Shown here piece after piece: positions 1 to 12,720 of a DNA stretch of 64,000 bases (its first letter is position 1; each line of letters begins with the position of its first letter). The stretch is from Squalus acanthias (lineage: Eukaryota). The notes beneath the pieces were generated by a model that saw nothing but the letters and a program-made list of their open reading frames with translations, was not told the DNA's origin and did no database searches. A program made the position numbers and the translations under genes. The stretch lies in assembly GCA_030390025.1 (NCBI GenBank), contig CM059432.1:10354001-10418000 (forward strand). The letters are read 5' to 3'.

Positions 1-290
1 CTACCTTCTGTAAGAGGTGATCTCCGCCCCAGCCAGAAACAGGTCCAGCTCTCGCTAGAAGGAATTCAGCGAGTCCGCGTCCACCGCACGAGACGACAGC
101 CTGTTCCCGAGGTCCACTATTCTCTGGGAAAAGAACCACCTCCTGAAATCTAACCTAGCTCTGGCCTTACACAACTGAAAATTGTAACCGTGGTCCTCCC
201 TAACCTATTTATTGGAACAAACTGTCAACTGGAACACAATCTATTCCCTTCATTATCTTATAAACCTCAATCAGATCACCTCTAAGTCTA
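1..290 (-). mobile_element. CR1 LINE 3' fragment (resumes at about 1741-1804 after a Penelope insertion)
   Basis: Minus strand reads RLRGDLIEVYKIMKG..., the typical CR1 ORF2 C-terminus. CACCTCTAAGTCTA is duplicated at 277-290 and 1727-1740. Confidence 0.8.
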
Positions 291-1726
291 GATGTCACTT
301 TAATTCTCCGCACCATTCCCACTCAGACCTCACCGTCCTCGGCCTCTTGCATTGTTCCACTGAAGCTCAGCGTAAGCTCGAGGAACAGCAGCTCATCTTT
401 CGATTAGGCCCTTTAGAGCCTTCTGGACTCAACATAGAGTTCAACAATTTCAGATCATAACCTCGGCCCTATCATATATATATTTTTTATCCACACTTTT
501 TGTTTGTGCTCTGTTCTTCTCTCCCACATGGCAGCTGTCTTTCATTCTGCCAGCGCAATTTACACTTCATCTGAGCCATCCTTTGTTTCTTAACCTGTCC
601 CATTACCATCCCCTATTGCCTTGAATATCTCTCAATGTCTCTTAACCTCTCCTGCCTTCTATCCTATCACAGACCTTCCCTTTTGTTCTTTCATCCCCTC
701 TCCCCTTTCCCAGCCCCTACACTTGCTTAAAAATCTGTTCCATTTCCTGCTTATTTCCAGTTCTGACGAAAGGTCATCGACCTGAAACGTTGGGCAGAAT
801 TTTCATTGAGCCGTGGAGGCGGGTTTGGAGGCGGGACTGGATTGAAAATAGCAGATTCGGGGGTCCCGACCCCATCCCGCCCCTAACCCGCCTCCATGCC
901 AGTTTCACAGGAGGCGGGTACCCGACCTGTGCTGGGACCCGCCTCCCCGAGGCGGGAAGGGGATTAGTGCCAATTAACTGCCTGTTAACAGGTAGTTAAC
1001 AGGCAGTTTTTTGCCTAATCCCTATTTTTATGCCTGAAATGTGGGCTCTCTGACAGGTCCCAACCACGCCGGTTTAGCGAGGCGGACCGTGGGTCTGCAG
1101 GGGTTGGAGGGGTCGATATATCCGGTGGGCAGGTGAGTGATGGGTGCATGTGTGCAGAGGTAGGTGTGTAAGGTAAGTGTAAAGTGTGGAAAAAAGTTTT
1201 ACTTACCTTAACTTCCTCCTGCAGGTGTCAGCCCTTCAGGTCTCGGGAGTCAGAAATCTCACTGGCACAGAAAGCAGAATGGCCGTTAAGCTGTCAAAAG
1301 CTGCAGCCTCTGCTTTTTGTTCTGCAGAGATCTCTAAATCAGCCTGAGAGGAAGGAATTAACTTAGAGGACAGACTGTCAGTGTTTGACAGCTTCAAGGA
1401 GCTGTCAAACGCTGATATTTCATCTGTCAAAAGCTCTTGACAGATGAAATGTCAATCTGTGACGTCACCTGTTGCCGGGTGGCCCTTGATTGGCCTGCTA
1501 AGCCCGCTGGGCGGGCTCAACAAGGTCAATCAAGTGAAAATACAGTGGGTTGGCCACAAGTCGATGGAGGCGGGACTACAACCCAAAAAGTGGGAGTCCC
1601 GCCTCCATCACGTCCCCAGTTTCAAAATCTGTTTCTCTCTTCACAGATGCTGCCTGACCTGCTGAGTATCTCCAGAATTTTCTGTTTTTATTTCAGATTT
1701 CCAGCATCTGCAGCATTTTCTTTTTG
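291..1726 (+). mobile_element. 5'-truncated Penelope-like element, interrupted by a MITE at 792-1631
   Basis: ORF 212..460 ends HFNS...RKLEEQQLIFRLG..EPSGLNIEF (GIY-YIG C-terminus). The tail is shared with copies at 22.2 and 58.3 kb. Flanked by a 14-bp direct repeat. Confidence 0.8.
792..1631. mobile_element. Non-autonomous Harbinger-type MITE (family A), right TIR eroded
   Basis: Starts GGGCAGAATTTT, is similar over its whole length to 8779-9622, and splits a Penelope tail. Confidence 0.75.
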
Positions 1727-2004
1727 CACCTCTAAGTCTACGTTTCTCTAAAGTGTAGAGTCCCAACTCTTTTAGCCTATCTTGACAACTAAGATGCTTT
1801 AGACATCATGACGAACTGCGCCCAATCAGCGCAAGCCACCTAAAACAGGCATTAGGCCCCCTGAAGATGTTAATTTGGGGCCTAACACCTGGCGAAGGAT
1901 CCTCGTGTAAAATTAGTTACCGATAAGCAGGGAAGGCTTCAGGTCTCCGTCGCTCAGGATTCTTCAGTGGCTCCCATGGCCGCCAACTGCAGGTAAGTCT
2001 TATT

Positions 2005-3570
2005 TTAAGAGCAAGAGGGACATCATTTTCCCCAGCAATGGGAAGGAAGAAACCTACGGCTCTCACCAAGAAGGCGTGGTTGGAGGTAGCTGAGGAGATG
2101 AGCAGCAGGAGTGTTGTGCCCCGGTCTTGGACGCAAGTGTAGTAAGCGGTCTAATGACCTAACCAGGTCAGGAAAAGTGAGTACATTTGCTGATTAACCT
2201 ACATCTTTGGAATTCTCTGCCCCAGAGGGCTGTGGATGCTCAGTCGATGAGTATATTCAAGGCTGAGATCGATAGATTCTTGGGCACTAAGGGAATCAAG
2301 GGATATGGAGATAGTGCGGTAAAGTGGAGTTGATGTCGAAGGTCAGCCATGATCTATTGAATGGTGGAGCAGGCTCGAGGGGCCGATGGCCTACTCCTGC
2401 TCCTATTTCTTATGCTCTTCTGTTTAAGGCCCCATCCTTCATTCTGTCTTGTCAAGCGTTCTCCATCACATCTCTCCTCACACCCACTCACATTTCAGCA
2501 CCACCCAGCCTTCACTATCTACGCACTCCATCGCTTCCCCATTTATCCACCCATGTTGCCACTCACCCCAATCCTTATGCAATGTGATGCATCTTGTCTC
2601 ATAGTCACCCTCGCCGAATGCACTGCCTCCATCGGGTGAATACCTCGTCTTTGCTCACTCACAGGTCTGTTTTTTCTCCCCTTGTAGGAGAGAGAGAGAG
2701 AGAGAGGAGTGGAGATGGCCCACCACTAAAAGTCCAGCTCACTGATGCTGAGGAAGAGGCCCTGGAGGTAAGTGGCACAGCTGCATCCCTCTCTATCGGA
2801 GATGGAGAGAAAGGGAGATCACAGATAGCTGGTGACAGAATAACAAATATCTCTGACACACATATGCTGACGTTATTTCATCAATGACTGAACTAGGAGA
2901 AGACTGAGTATGGTGATTGTCAAGATCGTTACTTTGCTACAACGAAATCATATCCCTTTCTTTTGTCTTCCAGGGCCTTCGCACATACAGCAAGTGTCGC
3001 AGGACATCCATGAGGCCGACTCCTCGGAGGACCTCATTCCTTTTGAAGTTGCACGATCGCAGGACGTACAGCCAAGCACCAGCACAAATATTTGCACTTC
3101 AACGAGTCCAGTTAGAGAGTTAGTTGGGTTTTCACCTGGTGATTCACACCTCACAAGTGAGCAGGAGCAGACACTGGTGGCAGGGACCGCTGTGGAGCGT
3201 CCGTGTCGGGGGACGCAATCCTCTCCAAGCTTTGCTCAGCTGGACACAGGTGCTGAACCCCGGGGGGCCATCGTTGAGAAGGAGAATGCTAGAGGTGCAT
3301 CAGCAACTTAGCCAGGTACTGACAGACGTGCCACCCACACTCTCCACAACAGCAGAGAGGATGGAGGAGTCCAACTCGATCGCTGGTGGATTGGTGGCGC
3401 AGGGAATTGCGAGAATGTCTGCCATGGAGAGGGTGGCCGCCTCCATGGACGCCTCAAGCACGGCTCTCAAATGTGTCCATGCAGACCGTGACCACGGCAG
3501 TGCAGACTTTGGATGCCAACCTGTCTGCCGCCTTAAACAGGATGACAGATGCCTTATCCGTGGCTCTGAA
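2005..3570 (+). pseudogene. Decayed Harbinger Myb/SANT-like gene (3 exons; CR1 tail inserted in intron 1)
   Basis: Exon-1 remnant reads KKAWLEVAEEMSSRSVVPRSW..C.KR.NDLTRSGK followed by GTGAGT. Further acceptors lie near 2687 and 2972. Same layout as 52130-54114, but frameshifted. Confidence 0.7.
2206..2420 (+). mobile_element. CR1 LINE 3' end
   Basis: LWNSLPQRAV motif followed by the CR1 3' UTR and tail. Confidence 0.8.
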
Positions 3571-3645
3571 ACCCAGAGGGCGAAGCTTGGTGCTGGTAGT
3601 GGGAGAGGGCTGGAGGATTTCATTTGTGATGTTTTCCTGTGTGAG

Positions 3646-4144
3646 TCAACACCAACTGAACCTTCGAGCTATTAGGGCATCCCTGGCATCCCGGGCAGCA
3701 ATGTACGTGGCTGGTCTGGCGATGGGTGCCTCATCTTCATATTCCTCCTCCTCTTCAATGTTCTCCTCATCCGACGATGAGTGATGAGCGCCTCCGTCCT
3801 CCTCAACCCGCAATCCTCGCTGCTGCGTAATGTTGTCCAGGACGCAGTTCACCACTATGATTCTGGAGACCCTCGCTGTCGAGTACTGAAGAGCGCCTCC
3901 AGACCTGTCTAGGTTCCTGAAGCGCATCATGAACATTCCGAGGGCTTGCTCTTTGAATCTCCAGGTGGTCAACTGGCTCTGGTTGCTGCGCCTCATTGGT
4001 GGGGTTCCTCACAGGTGTCATGAGCCAAGTTTGAAGGGGGTATTTCTTGTCTGCTGTGAGCCAGCCCTTAAGTCTGCTTCCTGGGTTCGAACAGATCTGG
4101 GATACTGGACAGCCGCAGTATGAATCTATCATGACAGTTCCCAA
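3646..4144 (-). pseudogene. Decayed Harbinger (HARBI1-like) transposase C-terminus
   Basis: GWLTADKKYPLQTWLMTPVRNP and RFRNLDRSGGALQYS..., then an acidic patch and LIARRF, split over two frames. Parallels ORF 50675..51835 and is convergent with the Myb remnant. Confidence 0.85.
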
Positions 4145-4182
4145 GGAATCTGCCGCACCCCAGCGTGAACCTCTTCTTGTGA

Positions 4183-5418
4183 TTTTTTTTTATTTGTTCA
4201 TGGGATGTGGGCGTCGCTGGCAAGGCCAGCATTTATTGCCCATCCCTAATTGCCCTCGAGAAGGTGGTGGTGAGCCGCCTTCTTGAACCGCTGCAGTCCG
4301 TGTGGTGAAGGTACTCCCACAGTGCTGTTAGGGAGGGAGTTCCAGGATTTTGACCCAGCAACGATGAAGGATCGGCAATATACTTCTAAGTCAGGATGGT
4401 GTGTGACTTGGAGGGGAACCTGGAGGTGGTGGTGTTCTCATGCGCCTGCTGCCCTTGTCCTTCTAGGTGGAAGAGGTCACGGGTTTGGGAGGTGCTGCCA
4501 AAGAAGCCTTGGCGAGTTGCTGCAGTGCATCTTGTAGATGGTACACACTGCAGCCACGGTACGCCGGTGGTGGAGGGAATGAATGTTTAAGGTGGTGGAT
4601 AGGGTGACAATCAAGCGGGCTGCTTTGTCCTGGATGGTGTCGAGCTTCTTGAGTGTTGTTGGAGCTGCACTCATCCAGGCAAGTGGAGAATATTCCATCA
4701 CACTCCTTACTTGTGCCTTGTAGATGGTGGAAAGGTTTTGGGGAGTCAGGAGGTGAGACACTTGCCACAGAATACCTAGCCTCTGAGCTGCTCTTGTTGC
4801 CACAGTATTTATGTGGCTGTTCCAGTTAAGTTTCTGGTCAATGGTGAACCCCAGGATGTTGATGGTGGGGGATTCGGCGATGGTAATGCTGTTGAATGTC
4901 AAGGGGTGGTGGTTAGACTCTCGCTTGTTGGAGATAGTCATTGACTGGCACTTCTGTGGCGCGAATGTTACCTGCCACTTTTTTGCCCAAGCCTGAACGT
5001 CGTCCAGGTCTTGTTGCATGCGGGCATGGACTGCTTCATTATCTGAGGAGTTGTGAATGGTGCTGAACACTGTGCAGTCATCAGTGAGCATCCCCATTTC
5101 TGACCTTATGTTGAGGGAAGGTCATTGATGAAGCAGCTGAAGATGGTTGGGCCTAGGACACTGCCCTGTGGAACTCCTACAGCGATGTCCTGCGGCTGTG
5201 ATGATTGACCTTCAACCACCACAACCATCTTCCTTTGTGCTCGGTATGACTCCAGCCAGTGGAGAGTTTTCCCCCCGATTCCCATTGACTTCAGTTTTAC
5301 TAGGGCTCCTTGATGCCACACTCGGTCAAATGCTGCCTTGATGTCAAGGGCAGTCACTCTCACCTCACCTCTGGAATTCAGCTCCTTTGGTCCAAGGCTG
5401 TAATGAGGTCGGGAGCCA
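4183..5418 (-). mobile_element. 5'-truncated CR1/L2-group LINE (RT C-terminal half and 3' UTR)
   Basis: ALDIKAAFDRVWHQG, VPQGSVLGP, degenerate (F/L)xDD and YKAQVRSVMEY motifs in ORFs 5106..5525 and 4477..5097. A-rich tail near 4183-4195. Confidence 0.9.
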
Positions 5419-5869
5419 AGTTTGTGCACTAGCTGTGCATTGATGGACGAATATCTCTTGCATGGTGAGTTGCTGTCGCACTCTGGATAGAGGAGCTGTG
5501 CTTTATTTCTGATTTTATTTATCATTATTCTGAAGCAAAATTCATGACTTCAGCATAAAAAATTGTGGTAAAATATATGCAGGTTATTGAAGTAAATCAA
5601 TTGTGAGCAGCTGTTTGTGTTAAAATAAACCACCTCATGTTCTGCATCATTTCCATCTTTATGAGAATAATGATGATGAAGCCCCATGAGCTGTTGTCAT
5701 CTCATTATTTCATTTCAGGAAACACGTTACTTCCTGGGCCCTATAAACAAGGTTCGGGTGGAGAATGTGGAATGTGTGCGCCATAATATGAGATCAGCTA
5801 CATTTAATAAATGTGTTCGTTGCTGGGATGTGGGCAATCCCAGGAACGGTTTTTAAAAATGTAGACATC

Positions 5870-6897
5870 GGGGGTGATTTCCCCGGCTACTTTAGGCTCT
5901 AAAGAGCCTCCGAAGTGGCCAAGATGGGGGTCTTAAGCCGCAACGCTGGTTTAGCCCGCGTTCAGCGCAAGACGCCATCTTGGTAAAAGAGTTGAAGCTT
6001 GCGCTAGGAATGGCCGCCCGGAGGATCTTTAAAGGGGCTGATTGCCACTTAAATTGCCTGCTAGCGCTCATTAACGAGGTTGTACGGTATTTTGGTGGCT
6101 AGCACTTGAACTAACGCCCTCTCCTAACAGCGACCTGCTGATTGGGAGTAAACTAGTCATTGCTGAGGATTTCGAGCGTTACTTAAAGGTATATCACCTT
6201 TTACTGTTCACTTGCTGCTGGAGGTTTGAAGAGGACTTTTGAAACACGTCGGGAGACTTTCTGGGACATTTTGTCAAGACCTCACCAACACTCTATTGAC
6301 ATTTATTCAGGAAATTCTCTGAGGACTTCACCTGAAAGGAGTGAGTGCTGTGCTGCTCGACCTTATTGGAGACCTTATAGGAGTCACTAGGAGAAAGTGA
6401 TTGCTTGGTCATCGTATCTTGCTCGGGGTCCCCCCTTGGTCTGCAGGAGGAATGAGAGGAGGACATGAGGCCAGGCAGAGCAGCACCAGCTGCTGCAGGA
6501 GAGAGGGACAGGAGGGCGAGGTGGGCTCTGCCATCCCTGTGGGTACAGGACATCCCTCCTCCTCTGGACCTCCAGTGCCACGTCCGAGAATCCGTGCGTC
6601 CGCTCCCTCGGTCCCCGAGACATTCTTCGACGTTGGCTTCTCTCCCAGCCAGCGCACTCCACACCTTCAGCGGAAGTGGGTGAGCGCAGGCAACATATCC
6701 AGCTCCTAATGTGTCTAATCAGCGCTCGACCGCTAAAACCGCAGTTGTTGGTTTCAGCGCCTGCAGGCACGCTTAAGTCAAGGTAATCATCAATTAGCCC
6801 GAAAATTGTGTGCTAAAGCCACACTTTCAAACAGGTGTTTCTTATTAGCACAGCACCCATTTAGCGCCTGTTTTCACCTTTGGCCAAAATAACCCTC
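5870..6897. mobile_element. Internally deleted Harbinger derivative (family B)
   Basis: Ends GGGGGTGATTT / AAAATAACCCTC. Minus strand keeps the Myb N-terminus RERTHGFSDVALEVQRRRDVLYP. Homologous to 60813-61859. Confidence 0.75.
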
Positions 6898-7004
6898 CTT
6901 AGTTTCCAATGCCTAACGGTATGGTGCGATGGGACAGTGCCAGGATAGCAGGGGTCATAGGGCACCAGCAGCTGTTAAAGGGATGATCGCTTTTTAAAAA
7001 ATAA

Positions 7005-7320
7005 TGGACTGGCAGGAGGGTCAGTCATCAGAGGACACAGATTTAAGGTAATTGACAAAAGAGGCGAAATGAGGAGAATTTTTTTTTTGCAGCGAGTTGT
7101 TGTGATCTGGAACGCGCTGCCTGAAAGGGCGGTGGAAGCAAATTCAACAGTAACTTTCAAAAGGGGAATTGGATAAATACTTGAAAAGGAAAAATTTGCA
7201 GGGCTCTGGGGAAAGAGCAGGGGAGTGAGACTAATTGGATAGCTCTTTCAAAGAGCCGGCACAGGCACGATGGGCGGAATGGCCTCCTTCTGTGCTGTAT
7301 CATTCGATGATTCTATGATG
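7005..7320 (+). mobile_element. CR1 LINE 3' end
   Basis: RGHRFKVI and RVVVIWNALPERAV motifs; GATTCTAT tail. Confidence 0.85.
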
Positions 7321-8430
7321 ATGCTACCTTGCTATCTTCAGTGGAGAACGGTATCCTCGAGGATTTTGAAGTCAGCACGATGAAGGTATTAATATCTCGG
7401 GGGACTTGCAAATCCTCCAGATCAGATTATGATTTTATATTTATATATATAAATGTAAACGTGCTGCAGGACACCAGGGAGGGAAATGTATTGTTCACTG
7501 GCTGTCGTCAAGGAAGGATCAGTGCGCACTCATGTGGTTCAGTGGATCTGGAAGCACATAAAGGTAGTACCGATATTTATAAAGAATCAGAAGCTCACCT
7601 TGGCAACACATCAACAGCATCAACAACAGGTAAGCTAACAGTTACCTGAGTGCCAGACTACAGGAGCTCTTCAACAACAATAACCCTCAGAGTGGATTTT
7701 GAAAGAGAAGATCTTGCTGGATGTTACAGATAAAGTAGACACTGGAACGCCCATTGACACAAGTTAGTTTCGTTTTTCAGCTAGATTTTCATACAAAAAC
7801 GTTCCATATAAAAGACGTGGAAACTGAAAGCCACAAAAATGCGAGGGTAAATCAAAGAGCTGGATATGAAATACATTAATAGCCCAATTTTCCTCAGTGC
7901 CCCGCACCCAGGCAATGCAGGCAATGTGCCAGCGTGGAACAGGCCAATCTCTCCGAAGGCTTTAATGGTCCGAATCTTCTTTTCTGCTTTACCTGAAGTG
8001 TCAGCCGTGGCTCAGTGGGTAGCACCCTTGCCTCTGAGTCCCACTCCAGAGACTTGAGCACAAAAAAATCTAAACTGACACTCCAGTGCAGTGCTGAGGG
8101 AGCGCTGCACTGTCGGAGGTGCCGTCTTTCAGATGAGACGTTAAACCGAGGCCCCGTCTGCTCTCTCAGGTGGACATAAAAGGTCCCGTGGCACTATGTT
8201 GAAGAAAAGCAGGGGGAGTTATCCCCCGGTGTCCTGGCCAATATTTATCCCTCAATCAACATCACTAAACAGATATCTGGCCATTATCTCATTGCTGTTT
8301 GTGGGAGCTTGCTGAGCGCTAATTGGCTGCCACGTTTCCTACATTACAACAGTGACGACACTTCAAAAAAAATAGTATTTCATTGGCTGTAAAGTGCTTT
8401 GGGACGTTGGGTGGTCATGAAAAGTGCTAT

Positions 8431-9838
8431 AACCAAAGCTGCCTCCGCAAGATCCTGCAAATCCATTGGCAGGATAGGCACACCAACGTCAGTGTTCTTG
8501 CTCAGGCCAACATCCCCAGCATCGAAGCTCTGACCACGCTCGATCAGCTCCGATGGACGGGTCACATCGTCCGCATGCCCGATACGAGACTCCCAAAACA
8601 AGCGCTCTACTCGGAGCTCCGACACGGGAAGAGAGCCCCAGTTGGGCAGAGGAAACGCTTCAAGGACACCCTCAAAGCCTCCTTGAAAAAGTGCAACATC
8701 CCCACCGACACCTGGGAATCCCTGGCCCAAGACTGCACAAAGTGGAGGAGAAGCATCCGGGAAGGCGCCGAATACCTCGGGCTCAATTTTCATTGAGCCG
8801 TGGAGGCAGGTTTGGAGGTGTGTGGGGTGTGAAAATTGCAGATTCGGGGGTCCCGAACCTATCCCGCCCCCAACCCACCTCCATGCCAGTTTCCCAGGAG
8901 GCGGGTGCCCGACCTGTGCTGGGACCCACCTCCCCGAGGCGGGAAGGGGATTAGTGCCAATAAACTGCCTGTTAACAGGTAGTTAACAGGCAGTTTTTTG
9001 CCTAATCCCTATTTTTAGCCCTAAAGTGTGGGCTTCCCGACAGGTCCGAACCACGCCGATTTAGCGAGGCGGCCCGTCGGTCTGGAGGGCTTGGAGGGGT
9101 CGAGATGTCCGGTGTGCAGGTGAGTGATGGGTGCATGAGTGCAGAGGTAAGTGTGTTTGGTGTGTGTGAAGTGTTTTAAGAACTTTTACTTACCTTAACT
9201 TTGTCATGCAGGCTAGCTTCCTTAAGGTGTCGGGAGTCCCTCACATCCACGGCACAGAAAGCAGAATGGCCGCGGAGCTGTCAAAAGCTGCAGTCTCTGC
9301 TTTCTGTGCTGGATTGATTTCTAACTGAGTCTAAGTACAGGGACTCAAGTTAGAAATCATATTGTCAGTGTTTGACAGCTTCACAGAGCTGTCAAACACT
9401 GAAATTTAATCTGTCAAAAGCTCTTGACAGATGAAATTTCAATGGCTGATGTCACCTGTATCCAAGGGACCCTTGATTGGCCTGCTCAGCCCGCTGGGCG
9501 GGCTTAACAAGGTCAATCAAGGGAAAATACAGTGGGTTGGCCACAAGTCGATGGAGGCGGGACTACAACCCAAAAAGTGGGAGTCCCGCCTCCATCACGT
9601 CCCCATTGACAAAATCCAGCCCATAGAGTCTCTTCGCTGGGAGCAAGCGGAAGCCAAGCGCAAACAGTGGAAGGAGCGCACGTCAACCCAAGCACCCCAC
9701 CCACCCGCCCCTTCAACCACCATCTGCCCCACCTGTGACAGAGACTGTAGGTCCCGCATTGGACTCATCAGTCACCTGAGAAATCATTTTTAATGTGGAA
9801 GCAAGTCATCCTCGGTTCCGAGGGACTGCCTAAGAAGG
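8431..9838 (+). mobile_element. RTE-clade LINE 3' fragment, split by the MITE at 8779-9622
   Basis: CLRKILQIHWQD...QLRWTGHIVRMPDTRLPKQALYSEL...KRFKDTLK, continuing after the MITE with a CPTC..C.SRIGLISHLRNH zinc finger. Confidence 0.9.
8779..9622. mobile_element. Non-autonomous Harbinger-type MITE (family A)
   Basis: TIRs GGGCTCAATTTT / AAAATCCAGCCC; cleanly interrupts the RTE ORF; second copy of 792-1631. Confidence 0.8.
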
Positions 9839-9964
9839 GAGACTGAGATATAAATGCAAGTCTTTCTTTCATTTCTTTCTTTCTTCCTTTCTTTCCCTTA
9901 CCAATAAATAGACCCCCTTGTTCAAATAGCTTTCGATCAAAAAGTGACATCGGAATGGAGGTGT

Positions 9965-10240
9965 CATAGAAACATAGAAACATAGAATCTAGGAGTAGGA
10001 GTAGGCCATTCGGCCCGTCGAGCCTGCTCCACCATTCAATACGATCATGGCTGATCATCCAAATCCAGTACCCTGTCCCTGCTTTAATCCCCACAGTACA
10101 CATATCCCACCCTACCCCCGTAACCCCACGTATTTAATTCCCCCTAACATATCCCATCCTATCCCCATATTTAATCCCCCCCTAACACTAAGGGTCAATT
10201 TATCATAGCCAAATCAACCTAACCCGCACATTTTTGGACG
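9965..10240 (-). mobile_element. CR1 tail followed by an HE1/V-SINE-like fragment
   Basis: CATAGAAA repeats and CR1 3' UTR; TAAGGGTCAATTTA..CAACCTAACCCGCACATTTTTGGAC resembles the shark V-SINE domain from memory. Confidence 0.55.
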
Positions 10241-10879
10241 GGTGTCACGGGTGGAAGGAGTGTCCAACCACCGCACCACCCCTCTTCCGTCGGAAAATCT
10301 CAACAAAGCGAGTAAGAGGCAGAGGTGCAGCGGGAATGAGTTGCAGGCCTACTTCGTGCCTCTCTGCTCCCCGTCTCTGCCAGATTTCTGCTCCCAAAAA
10401 AGAATTCAGGGCTGCCGCTTATTAGTCAACTATTCCAAAATTTGAAGGGGGCTGATACAGAAGGTCACTTTTCAGGTCTATCAGATTCACTTCACAAAAT
10501 TAGCTTTCATCCAAACATCGCACCCTTCTGGTTTATAGGAACATAGGGACAGGAGGAGGCCATTCGGCCCCTCGAGCCTGTTCCGCCATTCAATTAGATC
10601 ATGGCTGATCTGTATCTTAACCCCATCGACCTGCCTTAATAGCCTTGTCCAACAAAAATCTATCAATCTCAGTTTTGAAATTTTCAAGTTTCTTCGCACA
10701 AGACAAGCAGGGGTTCTTTCTGCATTGAGCCACGCATGGATTCCCAATTGCAACGCACTACACATTTCTTCTCCAATGCCGCCTTCAATGTTTTTGTTAG
10801 TTAGTTGCTTGTACACTTCAGATACTTGAAAAGTAAAGTTCCAACTCCAGGGGATGAAAATTATTTTTTTTTCTCATCA

Positions 10880-11445
10880 TATAAAACACAGCTGGAGTAT
10901 TGTGTCCAATTCTGGGCACCACACTTTAGGGAGGATGTCGAGGCCTTGGAGAGGGTGCAGAGGAGATTTGCTAGAATGGTACCAGGGATGAAGGACTTCA
11001 GTTACGTGGAGAGACTGGAGAAGCTGGGGCTTGTTCTCCTTAGAGCAGAGAAGGGTAAGAGAAGATTTGTTAGAGGTGTTCAAAATCATGAATGGTTTTG
11101 ATAGAGTAAATAAAGAGAATCTGTTTCCAGTGGTAGAAGGGTGGGTAACCAGAGGACACCGATTTAAGGTGATTGGCAACAGAACCGGAGGCGACATGAG
11201 GAAACTTTTTTTTACGCCGCGAGTTGTTGTGATCTGGAATGCACTGCCTGAAAGGGTGGTAGGAGCAGCTTCAGGAGTAACCTCCAAAAGGGAATTGAAG
11301 GTAAAACATTTGCAGGGTTATGGGGAAAGAGCAGGGGGGAGTGGGACTAATTGAATAGCTCTACCAAAGAGCCGGCACAGGCACGATGGGCCAAACGGCC
11401 TCCTTCTGTGCTGTATCATTCGATGATTCTGTGATTCTATGATCA
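10880..11445 (+). mobile_element. CR1 LINE 3' fragment
   Basis: LEYCVQFWAPH, LERVQRRF and TRGHRFKV motifs; GATTCT tail. Confidence 0.9.
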
Positions 11446-12039
11446 ACTCCCCACCACTCCTCTCCTCTAGGGAACCCTGCTGAGCACCTACCTTAGGAGT
11501 ACGCATTATCTTTCTAGCTTGTGGCCCATAAAACCACAGTAATTCTAATGCCAGCACTGCCACCTTGACTGAACAGACTGAACATAAGAACATTTATAAT
11601 GCTTGCATTCTCGACTAATGCAAAACCGAGCAATGCAGAGGTAAAGCTTTCCAATTAATGTTTAATTTTGAATTTTCGATTCGTCTTAAACAGAGCACAA
11701 AGAAATCTTCTTGTTAGCTGCCGCTAAACTGATTCCAATTAAACCCTCTAGATATGCTCCAGCTGTTAATCCACCCAGAATAGAACTGAACACAGATGAG
11801 TTTTCTGAAGCATTCAAAGTCAAAACTCCCATGGACATAAACATTTACTCTGTGCTACACTGTTCAACTGAGTATCCTAGAATACTTATCAGTTTACATA
11901 ACCTCTGCTTTGACATTCATATCAGGATTATTTAAAGGAGTAGTTTGCCCTAATTGTCATTGCGATTGATAGTACGATCTCCTTTATTTCATTCCAGTTT
12001 TCTCCTCCTGTCTCCTCTCTGTCCTGAAAGTGTTGATTC

Positions 12040-12720
12040 ATGTCTCTCCTCTCAGGCAGATGTAAAAGATCCCGTGGCACTATTTTGAAGAAGAGCAGGG
12101 GAGTTATCCCCGGTGTCCTGGCCAATACTTATCCCTCAATCAACACCATTAAAACAGATCTGGTCATTTATCACATTGCTGTTTGTGGGAGCTTGCTGTG
12201 TGCAAATTGGCTGCCTCGTTTCCCACGTTACAGCAGTGATTACACTTCAAAAGTACTTCATTGGCTGTAAAGCCCTTTGGGACGTCCTGAGGTCATGAAA
12301 GAAGCGATATAAATGTTCAAATCCCACTCCAGAGACTTGAGCACAAAGATCTAGGCTGACTCTTCAATACAGTACTGAGGGAGTGCTGCACTGTCGGAGG
12401 TGCCGTCTTTCGGATGAGACGTTAAGCTGAGGTCCCGTCTGCTCTCTCAGGTGGACGTAAAAGATCCCATTTCAAAATTTCGAAGGCGAGTAGGGGAGTT
12501 ATCCCCGGTGTCCTGGCCAATATTTATCCCTCAACCAACATCACTAAAAAACAGATTATCTGGTCATTTATCACATTGCTGTTTGTGGGACCTTGCTGTG
12601 CGCAAATTGGCTGCCGCGTTTCCCTACATTTCACTTCAAAAGTACTTCACTGGCTGTAAAGCGCTTTGGGACGTCCTGAGGTTGTGAAAGGCGCTATAGA
12701 AATGCAAATCTTTCTTTTTG
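12040..12720 (+). mobile_element. Two tandem partial Deu-domain SINEs
   Basis: Two matches to the core and tail of the SINE at 8001. Confidence 0.85.

Larger units (their letters stand above)
8001..9890 (+). mobile_element. Deu-domain tRNA-derived SINE (SacSINE1/AmnSINE1-like), tail split by an RTE insertion
   Basis: tRNA-like head TGGCTCAGTGGGTAGC; core GCTGCACTGTCGGAGGTGCCGTCTTTC..GAGACGTTAAACCGAGG; tail ATAAATGCAAGTCTTTC resumes near 9848. Confidence 0.8.

Noticed and set aside
8001..8060. tRNA genes
   Set aside because: These are tRNA-derived SINE heads that continue into the Deu domain; no full cloverleaf is seen.
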